Assembly: GCA_002084355.1 (NCBI GenBank)
Contig: NBLL01000001.1
Span: forward strand, 1-50,581
DNA: 50,581 nucleotides
From: Bacteroidetes bacterium 4572_128
GTDB taxonomy: Bacteria; Bacteroidota; Bacteroidia; Bacteroidales; 4572-128
Direction of reading: 5' to 3'
A model generated the notes under the pieces. That model worked only from the letters and a program-made list of their open reading frames with translations. It made no database searches and was not told where the DNA came from. Below, one piece after another: positions 20,252 through 28,129 of this stretch (its first letter is position 1; every line of letters begins with the position of its first letter). The position numbers were made by a program, and so were the translations under genes.

Positions 20252-20935
20252 AATTAAAAAAAATTTTTTTCAAAAATCGTCCAAAATTTTAATGTTTTTT
20301 TTAAATTGAAATTCTAAGTACACGACAAAAGTTTAAAAATGTTTATTTTTACTTTTTTTGCTGTGTTTAATAATTGATTTGTAATTTGATTTAATCCGAA
20401 ATAAATATTGTGATTTCTTTTCTTTTATGTTTTTTAGTTTTTATTTTTTTTCCATTTTTGGATGTTTTAATGATTTTTTAAAATTAAAAAAAAATTTTTT
20501 TTTCAATAAAATGCGGATTTTTAATGATTTTTTAAAATTAAAAAAAAATTTTTTTTTCAATAAAATGCGGATTTTTTAATAATTTTAAAATTCAATAAAA
20601 TGCGGATTTTTTAATAATTTTAAAAATTGAAAAAAAATTTTTTTTTCAATAAAATGCGGATTTTTAATGATTTTTTAAAATTGAAAAAAAATTTTTTTTT
20701 CAATAAAATGCGGATTTTTAATGATTTTTTAAAATTAAAAAAAAATTTTTTTTTCAATAAAATGCGGATTTTTTAATAATTTTAAAATTTTAAAATTAAA
20801 AAAAAATTTTTTTTTCAATAAAATGCGGATTTTTTAATAATTTTAAAAATTAAAAAAAAATTTTTTTTTCAATAAAATGCGGATTTTTTATTATTTTAAA
20901 ATTAAAAAAAATTTTTTTTTAATTAAAAAATTATA
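20252..20935 (+). repeat. A/T-block repeat family array (A3), private core TGCGGA
   Basis: One CGTCCAAAATTTTAATG unit at about 20275, a non-repeat island at about 20300-20455, then 8 units of ...A8-9 T9 CAATAAAATGCGGATTTTTAATGATTTT.... Spacing is mostly 54 bp (ATGCGG at 20511, 20565, 20600, 20654, 20708, 20762, 20823, 20877). Confidence 0.85.
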
Positions 20936-20960
20936 ATTATAATTGTAAAAAAATTAAAAA

Positions 20961-21199
20961 ATGCCAACATTAACAAGAATTAAAGGTTTTATTATTAGAA
21001 TGTTTTATAAAGATCATCCCCACCACATTTTCATGTAAATAATAATGAAAGAAATGGTATTTTTGATTTAAAAAATTTGAATATGTTTCAAGGAAATCTT
21101 TCGGAGAAAGAACAAAGAGAAATTAAAAAATGGGCATATAACAAACAAAATAAATTAAAAAAAATGTGGGAAACTCAAGAAATTACAAAATTAAATTAA
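20961..21199 (+). pseudogene. DUF4160-family protein, single frameshift
   Basis: MPTLTRIKGFIIRMFYKDH then, after a 1-nt frame change at CATCCCCACC, PPHFHVNNNERNGIFDLKNL...EIKKWAYNKQNKLKKMWE. This reproduces the MPxIxxFxGIxIxMYxxDHxPPHFH signature. Confidence 0.6.
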
Positions 21200-21210
21200 T
21201 TAATTTAATC

Positions 21211-21474
21211 ATGAAATATCCTCGTATAAATTATATAGAAATATTAGAAAATTATAAAATTTTTGTTATTTTTAATAATGGACAAATTAAAATTTATTCA
21301 GTTTCTAATTTATTAAATGAAAAACCATTTACGGCATTTAGAGATAAAAATTTATTTCTAAATGCTAAAAAAGAACAAAATGGTTATGGAATTATTTGGA
21401 ATGATGAAATAGATATAAGCGAATACGAAATTTGGAAAAATGGAAAAAATATTATAAACTTAAAAAATCTTTAA
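21211..21474 (+). CDS. DUF2442-family protein (usual partner of DUF4160)
   Basis: MKYPRINYIEILENYKIFVIFNNGQIKIYSVSNLL...YGIIWNDEIDISEYEIW. The ORF track extends to 21166, but the ATG at 21211 fits the family. Confidence 0.6.
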   Translation: MKYPRINYIEILENYKIFVIFNNGQIKIYSVSNLLNEKPFTAFRDKNLFLNAKKEQNGYGIIWNDEIDISEYEIWKNGKNIINLKNL

Positions 21475-21642
21475 ATTTAAATTAAAAAAAAATTTTTTTT
21501 CAATAAAATGTTATTTTTTAATGTTTTTTAAAAATTAAATAAAAAAATTATTTTTTATTTATTTTTTTTAAATTTGCAATTTATTTATATAAAAATAAAT
21601 AAAATCAAGAAATCAAATTTTTAAATTTAAAAACATAATATT

Positions 21643-21972
21643 ATGCAAATATACAAAATAGCGGATCAAGAATTAGATTTAAAAAAATTAATTAATGAAC
21701 AAAGAAAAGAACCAATTATTTTAAAAAATAATTCTGGTAACAGTTTTCTATTAATGCCGTTTTCGGAAAATAAAATGAATGATATTTTTCTTATGCTTTA
21801 TAAATCGTTTGAAGATTTGAATAAACCTTCATTTGAAAAATCTCAAAAGAAGAAAAAATACAAAATGACCGGCAAAGAATTTATTGAAAAATGGAGTGGA
21901 ACATTAAACGAGAATGATATTGAAAACTGGAAAGAAGACAGATATAAATATTTAATGGATAAACACAAATGA
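21643..21972 (+). CDS. putative antitoxin of a PIN (VapC-like) toxin
   Basis: 109 aa. Its stop overlaps the ATG of the downstream PIN remnant in an ATGA arrangement. The N-terminus resembles Phd/YefM-type antitoxins. Confidence 0.45.
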   Translation: MQIYKIADQELDLKKLINEQRKEPIILKNNSGNSFLLMPFSENKMNDIFLMLYKSFEDLNKPSFEKSQKKKKYKMTGKEFIEKWSGTLNENDIENWKEDRYKYLMDKHK

Positions 21973-22313
21973 AAAAATTATATAAGGTATATTTTGATAC
22001 AAATATTCTTTTAGATTTTGCATTAAAACGCAAAAAATTCAATACCGTTGCCGCACAATTCATTATATTATTTCAAAACATAGAAACAGAACATTAGCAT
22101 TAGAATTTGTTAATGATCTAATGAATATTTTTGAAATCGCAGAATTTGATAAAAAAATTATTCAAAATGCTTTAAACTCTGATTTTAAAGATTTTGAAGA
22201 AGTTTTCTGCAATTGATTCCAATGTAGATATCATTGTTACAAGAAATATCAAAGATTTTAAAACTTCGCAACTAAAAGTATATAAACCAGAACAGTTTAT
22301 CAAATATTTTTAA
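21969..22313 (+). pseudogene. PIN-domain toxin remnant
   Basis: MKKLYKVYFDTNILLDFALKR... at the 5' end and ...DIIVTRNIKDFKTSQLKVYKPEQFIKYF at the 3' end are typical PIN ends. The middle is broken by several stops and frame changes. Confidence 0.55.
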
Positions 22314-22335
22314 CGAAAATCTTAAAACATTTTCA

Positions 22336-22900
22336 AACATTGGTGTTAAAAAAAAAACTCCAATCCAGTGTTAAAAAATTTTTTTCAAAAATCGCCCAAA
22401 ATTTTAAGATTTTTAAAAAAACAACATTGGAGGTTTTTTTTTAAACCTCCAATGTTTGATGTCGAAACATTGGAGGTTAAAAAAAAAACCTCCAATGTTT
22501 TATTTGAATTAAAAAAAATTTTTTTGAAAAAAATGTCCAAAATTTTAAGATTTTTAAAAAAACAACATTGGAGGTTTTTTTTTAAACCTCCAATGTTTGA
22601 TGTCGAAACATTGGAGGTTAAAAAAAAAACCTCCAATGTTTTAAAAAATTTTTTTTTCAAAAAAACGTCCAAAATTTTATGATTTTTTATTTGAATTAAA
22701 AAAAAATTTTTTTTCAAAAATCGTCCAAAATTTTAAGATTTTTTATTTCAATTAAAAAAAAATTTTTTTTTCAAAAAATGCCTAAAATTTTAATGTTTTT
22801 TAATCTCAAAATTAAAAAAATTTTTTTCAAAAAACGCAATTATTTTAATGAATTTTATAATTAAAAAAAAAAAATTAAATTTGTTTTTTTATAAAAAATT
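22336..22900 (+). repeat. composite repeat region (A4): A/T-block units plus paired AACATTGGAGGTT palindromes, with a 141-bp tandem duplication
   Basis: The double-hairpin module at 22423-22500 is repeated at 22564-22641, an offset of exactly 141 bp. A degenerate copy lies at 22336-22372. A/T-block units with cores CGCCCAAAA, TGTCCAAAA, CGTCCAAAA, TGCCTAAAA and CGCAATTA follow, up to 22875. Confidence 0.85.
22876..22883 (+). promoter_or_regulatory. -7 promoter box (TAAATTTG) for the ATPase operon
   Basis: Exact TAnnTTTG, 22 nt upstream of the ATG at 22906. Confidence 0.4.
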
Positions 22901-22905
22901 AAAAA

Positions 22906-24294
22906 ATGTTTAATTTATATTTGAATAATTACCGAAATTTTGTCAATCAAAAATTTGAGTTTTCTCGTTTTAATATTCTCATAGGTGAAAATAGTTCTGG
23001 AAAAAGTTCTATTTTAAAATTTCTTTTGATGCTCAAACAAAGCCTACAACAAAATGAGTTAAATTTAAAATTTAAAGGTAATTTAGTAGATTTAGGTAAA
23101 TATACAGATGTTATTCATCAACATAAAGAAAATAAAAAAATAACATTTGGGTTTGAATTAGGAGAAGAATTTGATATTTTTTTTGAGAAAAATTTATTAA
23201 GAAATTTTCCTAAAGAAGGAGATATTTCTGAATATAAAAAAATCTTGCAAAATATTTTTTTTGGAGAAAAAACTTTTATTTCTTTTATTTTAGATAGAAA
23301 TCTAAATTCTCATAAATCTATTGAAATTAAAATTAAAAATAAAAAAGTTGGTGAAATAGAAATTAAATTTCGAGATAATATTAATAATATTTTTGCTGAG
23401 CAACATCAGGCAGATATTACTTTTAAAAATAATAAAGGTAAGTTTATTATACATAAAAAATTATCCTATCAAAAACATGCTTTTTTAGCATTTTTCTCAT
23501 TTAGAGAAATAGAAACAAATGATATAAATAAGCAATATATAAATTATTTATCTCTTTCTTTCACTTATCTAATGGGATCAATTTTTAATATTCAATATAT
23601 CAATCCTATAGAATCAAGTCCTGAAAGAATTTTTTTAGAAGAAGACAATAAAGGTTTAGTACCAGTCAGAAATTTAAAAGATGTCATAAATATTTTAAAT
23701 GATACTTCTATTGAAGATAGAGATTTATTATTGAATAAATTAAATAAAATTTTACAAGATTTTGGAATTATTAAAGATTTAAAAGTAATCAAAGCAAGTA
23801 ATATAAGTGTTTTTGAATTACAAGTAAAAACTGTAAATAGTAATATTTGGTGTAATATTATGGATGTTGGTTATGGTGTAAGTATGCAAATTCCTATATT
23901 TTTTCAAATTATAATCTCTGAATTTTCAACAAAAAAACAAGAAATAATATCTGAACTATTTACAGAAAAAGTTGAAACTATTTTAATTGAGCAACCGGAA
24001 ATACATATTCATCCAAAGTTACACGCAAAATTTATAGAAACCTTAGCGAAAATTGAAAAGAAAAATACTTATATTATAGAAACACATAGCGAACATATTA
24101 TTAGAATGTTGCAAGTGCTTGTTAAAAATAAAACGCTTAAATCTTCCGATGTTTCCATTCATTATTTTAAAAATGGAAAAGATAAGTTTGATGTCAGCAA
24201 ACACGAAATTGAAGAAACAGGAATGTTAAAACCTTGGCTACCAGAAGAGTTTTTTGACAATTCTTATCATTTATCTTTACAACTTTTAGACTAA
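22906..24294 (+). CDS. AAA_15/AAA_21-type (ABC-like) ATPase with a DUF3696-like C-terminus
   Basis: Walker A GENSSGKSS at residues 27-35. A long insertion is followed by DVGYGVSMQIPIF, Walker B/D-loop ILIEQPEIHIHP and the H-loop IIETHSEHII. The C-terminal tail (VSIHYFKNG...) is as in COG4938/DUF3696 proteins. Confidence 0.8.
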   Translation: MFNLYLNNYRNFVNQKFEFSRFNILIGENSSGKSSILKFLLMLKQSLQQNELNLKFKGNLVDLGKYTDVIHQHKENKKITFGFELGEEFDIFFEKNLLRNFPKEGDISEYKKILQNIFFGEKTFISFILDRNLNSHKSIEIKIKNKKVGEIEIKFRDNINNIFAEQHQADITFKNNKGKFIIHKKLSYQKHAFLAFFSFREIETNDINKQYINYLSLSFTYLMGSIFNIQYINPIESSPERIFLEEDNKGLVPVRNLKDVINILNDTSIEDRDLLLNKLNKILQDFGIIKDLKVIKASNISVFELQVKTVNSNIWCNIMDVGYGVSMQIPIFFQIIISEFSTKKQEIISELFTEKVETILIEQPEIHIHPKLHAKFIETLAKIEKKNTYIIETHSEHIIRMLQVLVKNKTLKSSDVSIHYFKNGKDKFDVSKHEIEETGMLKPWLPEEFFDNSYHLSLQLLD

Positions 24295-24299
24295 AAAAA

Positions 24300-24572
24300 A
24301 TGGACGTTTTATTGCACATAGATATTATTGCTCAATATTTTAAAAATAAATTATCTGTTGATATTTTTAATGAAGAATTTATTTTAATTAAAAATTTTTT
24401 TGAAAAAAATGATGATAATTTTAAAATTATTTTAACACAAAATATAATTCAAAATGTAAAAAAAAGTTTGAAAAACCATTATGCGTCATCGTCCACGCTT
24501 GATTTCGGAAATCAAGCGTGGACGATGACGCATAATGGATTAATACAGAAAAAATTTTCTATGAATAATTAA
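24300..24572 (+). CDS. small hypothetical protein, carries an in-frame 63-nt palindromic insertion
   Basis: 90-aa ORF starting 5 nt after the ATPase stop. Residues YASSSTLDFGNQAWTMTH are encoded by the palindrome at 24476-24538. No family recognised. Confidence 0.4.
   Translation: MDVLLHIDIIAQYFKNKLSVDIFNEEFILIKNFFEKNDDNFKIILTQNIIQNVKKSLKNHYASSSTLDFGNQAWTMTHNGLIQKKFSMNN
24476..24538. repeat. 63-bp G/C-rich perfect palindrome (30-bp arms, 3-nt loop)
   Basis: CCATTATGCGTCATCGTCCACGCTTGATTT CGG AAATCAAGCGTGGACGATGACGCATAATGG. The arms are exact reverse complements. G/C content is far above the surroundings. Confidence 0.9.
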
Positions 24573-24627
24573 ATTTTAATTTAAAAATATTTTTTTTAAT
24601 TGTGAACATATTTAAAAAATAAATATT

Positions 24628-26679
24628 ATGATAACAAATAATTTTTTCCAAGATTTTGATTTTCAGATTTTAAATTCTAATGATTTCAAAGAAGATGCGG
24701 TTAGAGAAGAATTAATTAACCCTATTTTAAAAAAATTAGGATATAAGGCTTACGGAAATAATAGAATAATTTACAGTAAAACGCTTTCACATCCTTTTGT
24801 AAAAATAGGCTCGGGAAAAAGAAAAATAAATATTATTCCAGATTATTTATTTTCTGTAAATGACCAATATACTTGGGTACTTGACGCAAAAGCTCCAAAT
24901 GAAAAAATTATAAATAGTGATAATGTTGGGCAAGTTTATTCTTATGCAATTCACCCAGAAAGAAAAAGAACCATTATTATTTTTTCAGCTTAACAAAATT
25001 GATAAACACTGGAACGAAATACAAAAATTATTATCTCCGGATATTTTTACAGAAAAACAAATTAAAAAAAAAGAAAAAAAAGAAGAAAAGAAAAATAATA
25101 ATTTTAATTATTTAGATTGTAAATTACCGAAATCTATTAAAGTAAAAAAACAAGCTGTAAAACGACATTATGGCGTACATGGTTATTTTACAAGACAAAG
25201 TTGGGATATTTTACAACATTATATTAAAAATTTCACCAAAAAAGGAGATCTTATTTTAGATAGTTTTGCCGGAACCGGAGTAACTGCGATAGAGGCTTTG
25301 ATGCTCGAAAGAAAAGCAATTAATATAGATTTAAATCCGATGGTTATTTTTTTAACTAAAGCTTTAACTATTCCTGTTGATTTCGAAATTTTACAAAAAG
25401 AATTTGAAATAATAAAAATTGCTTTTGAAAAAGATTGTCCAGAAACAAATGAAGAAATTGAAATTTCTTTAAAAAAATACCCCTTTCCTCAAAAAAAAAT
25501 TTTTTCTAAAGGTGCTGATGTAAAAGATGTAGAATATTTTTAACATTTCATAACTCAAAAAGAGGAGGAGGTCATCCAGGAGCATTTCGTTATTATCGTT
25601 ATCGTATTGCTCCAAATCCATATTTATTAGATTTATCTTCACTTTTTGTTTCTCGTTATAAAAAAATTATAAAAGCGAAAAAAGAGATTTTACCTTTTAT
25701 TAATAAAAAAACGATAAAAAATTTACAAATTTACAAAGGTAGTGCTACGAATTTAGAAAAAATAAAAAATGAAAGTATTGACTATATTTATACTGACCCC
25801 CCTTATGGCTCAAAAATACATTATTTAGATTTGTCTGTAATGTGGAATGCTTGGCTTGATTTAGAAGTCAGCGAAAAAGACCGCAATTTAGAAGCAATAG
25901 AAGGCGGAAGTAAAAATAAAAGCAAAGATGAATATGCCGAATTACTGCAAATTTCTATTAAAGAAATGTATAGAGTTTTAAAATTTAATCGTTGGATGTC
26001 TTTTGTTTTTGCTCATAAAGACCCACATTATTGGCATATAATTGTAGATACTGCCCAGAAATGCGGTTTTGAATATATTGGCGTTGTGAAACAATCCAAT
26101 GGACAAACGAGTTTTAAAAAACGTCAAAATCCTTTTTCGGTTTTGTCTGGTCAATTAATTATTAATTTTATCAAAAAAGAGCGTCCTTTATCAATTAATA
26201 AAATTAAATTAGGTGAGATTTATGATTTGGTTATAAATACTATAGAAAATATTATAGCCACCAATGACGGAGCTACCATAGAAGAAATTAATGATGAGTT
26301 AATTATCATGGGTTTAGAACATGGTTTTTTGCATATTTTAAGCAAAGAATATAAAGATTTAACGCCGATTTTGGTTTCAGAATTTGATCATAACCAAGAA
26401 ACAGAAAAATTTTATATTCGTAAAAACAGCAAATTTAAAAGTAAAATACCTTTAGATATGCGTATTAAATATTTTCTTTTTTCTTATTTTAAACAAAAAG
26501 AACGAGAAGATATTTATCCGACAACAGATAATATAATTTTGGATATTATGCCGCTTCTACAAAATGGAATTACTCCGGATGATCAAACAATTTTAATTAT
26601 TTTACGTTCCTTAGCAAATCCAATGAAAGATAATAAATGGAAATTAAAAGAAAAAGACCAGATAAAAATTTTTTTTTGA
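24628..26679 (+). pseudogene. PD-(D/E)xK (HsdR_N-type) nuclease-like domain fused to an N6A/N4C DNA methyltransferase; at least 2 frameshifts
   Basis: The gene is read in three frames: 24628-24993, 24917-25543 and 25519-26679. The N-terminus is EDAVREELINPILKKLGY...IPDYLF...WVLDAKAP (HsdR_N-like with PD...DAK). Motif I is LILDSFAGTGVTAIEALMLERKAINIDLNP. Motif IV is IYTDPPYGSKIHYLDLSVMWNAWL, reached only by reading the frame upstream of the called ORF at 25831. Both shifts lie in A/T homopolymer contexts. Confidence 0.7.
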
Positions 26680-26950
26680 AAAAACGGCGATTATTTTAAT
26701 GATTTTTGATAATTAAAAAAAAATTTTTTCCAAAATTCGTCCAAAATTTTAATGTTTTTAAAATTTAAAATTAAAAAAAATTTTTTTTCAAATTCGTCCA
26801 AAAATTTAATGTTTTAAAAATTAAAAAAAATTTTTTCAAAAAAATGACCAAAATTTTAACATTTTTAATTTCGAAAATAAAAAATGTTAAAATTTTTTTT
26901 CAAAAAAATGACCAAAATTTTCAATTTTTTTAAATGTTCAGAATGTCAGA
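26680..26950 (+). repeat. A/T-block repeat family array (A5)
   Basis: Five units with cores CGGCGATTA, TTCGTCCAAAA, TTCGTCCAAAAA, TGACCAAAA and TGACCAAAA. The array begins at the methyltransferase stop codon. Confidence 0.85.
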
Positions 26951-26954
26951 GCAA

Positions 26955-28028
26955 TTAATTTTTTTTCATTAAGTATAATGTTCCTTTATTTTTTCCAATT
27001 GTTTTCAATATTTTTTCATTTCTTAGATAGCTCAAATCCTTTTTTATTGTATTACGTGAAAATCCCTTTAAATGTTTCATTAAATCACCAATTTTCATAG
27101 GTTGATATTTTATTATCAAATTTTTTATTAATTTTTGTCTATGGTTTAAATATATTTTTGTATCCCTGTAAATTTCATATTTTTTTTCTAATCTCTTAAT
27201 TAGAATTCTCATACTGTCTAAAAAATATAATATCCAATTATCTATTTTTTCCTTATCTGTATATCTGTTTTTTTGCCCTTCCATTAGAGTTTTATAATAA
27301 TTTTTTTTACTGTCTTCAATTACTTTTTCAAAGGAAACATACTGCACAAATAAATATTCTTGTTGTAATAATAAAAATGTTGTTAATAATCTTGATAATC
27401 TACCATTTCCGTCTTGAAATGGGTGAATTGATAAAAATTCATAAACTAAAATTGCAATTATTATCAAAGGATGATTTTCTGCTTCGAAAAAATTGTTATT
27501 TGTCCAAAGTATTAAATCCGACATTTCTTTATCAACCAAATGAGGTTCTGTTGTTTTAAAGATAATTTTTTGAGTTCCGTCCGGATAAGTTGCAACAACT
27601 TTATTAGTCAATTGTTTATACTTGCCTTTGTGTCTTTCATCTTTATGACTGTATTTTAATAAAATACTGTGTAATTGTTTTATGAAATTTTCACTTAGTT
27701 CTATATTTTCATAATTGTCAATTACAATATCTAAGCTTTCCCAATAACCGATAACTTCTTGTTCATCTCTTGTTTTTAATTTGTCAATATTGATTCTAGT
27801 AACAACTTTTGCAATTTCTTTGTCTGTTAATTTGACACCTTCAATTCTTGTTGAAGAGCCAATACTTTCAATTGTTGCAATTTTTCGTAACTCTTGCAAA
27901 TGGCGATTTTCTTTTGTTTCTATGATATTCCATTTTCCTTTGAAAGTATCAATAAAACTTATTTTTTTCAATATCTGCTGACTTGTTTTAAGACTGAAAT
28001 TTAATTTCTGATTTATCAAATTATCCAT
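26955..28028 (-). CDS. Fic family protein (Fic_N, Fic core, C-terminal winged-helix)
   Basis: Fic motif HPFQDGNGRLSRLL. The N-terminal inhibitory-type motif SxxxEG is present (SSTRIEG). The C-terminus is wHTH-like (IGDLMKHLKGFSRNTIKKDLSYLRNEKIL). The start is taken at the ATG at 28028 (MDNLINQ...), because the longer ORF to 28091 would include the predicted promoter. Confidence 0.85.
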   Translation of the reverse strand: MDNLINQKLNFSLKTSQQILKKISFIDTFKGKWNIIETKENRHLQELRKIATIESIGSSTRIEGVKLTDKEIAKVVTRINIDKLKTRDEQEVIGYWESLDIVIDNYENIELSENFIKQLHSILLKYSHKDERHKGKYKQLTNKVVATYPDGTQKIIFKTTEPHLVDKEMSDLILWTNNNFFEAENHPLIIIAILVYEFLSIHPFQDGNGRLSRLLTTFLLLQQEYLFVQYVSFEKVIEDSKKNYYKTLMEGQKNRYTDKEKIDNWILYFLDSMRILIKRLEKKYEIYRDTKIYLNHRQKLIKNLIIKYQPMKIGDLMKHLKGFSRNTIKKDLSYLRNEKILKTIGKNKGTLYLMKKN

Positions 28029-28101
28029 ATTATATAGTATTATATCCAAAAATATTTTTGCAAATATATTATATATCCAAAAGGTATCCAAATTATATCC
28101 A
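28021..28101. promoter_or_regulatory. five helically phased TATCCA repeats (candidate operator or iteron)
   Basis: TATCCA occurs at 28022, 28043, 28074, 28085 and 28096, all in the same orientation. Spacings are 21, 31, 11 and 11 bp. The repeats span the fic start codon and its promoter box. Confidence 0.4.
28061..28068 (-). promoter_or_regulatory. -7 promoter box (TATATTTG on the minus strand) for fic
   Basis: Plus strand reads CAAATATA, 32 nt upstream of the ATG at 28028. Confidence 0.4.
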
Positions 28102-28129
28102 TAAAAATATTAAATTTTATCAGATTTTA

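Noticed and set aside
22368-22717. ORFs of 104 aa (+) and 110 aa (-) are listed in the ORF track.
   Set aside because: Both lie entirely within the duplicated palindrome and A/T-block repeat region. Their internally repeated sequences simply mirror the 141-bp duplication. There is no start context or family resemblance.
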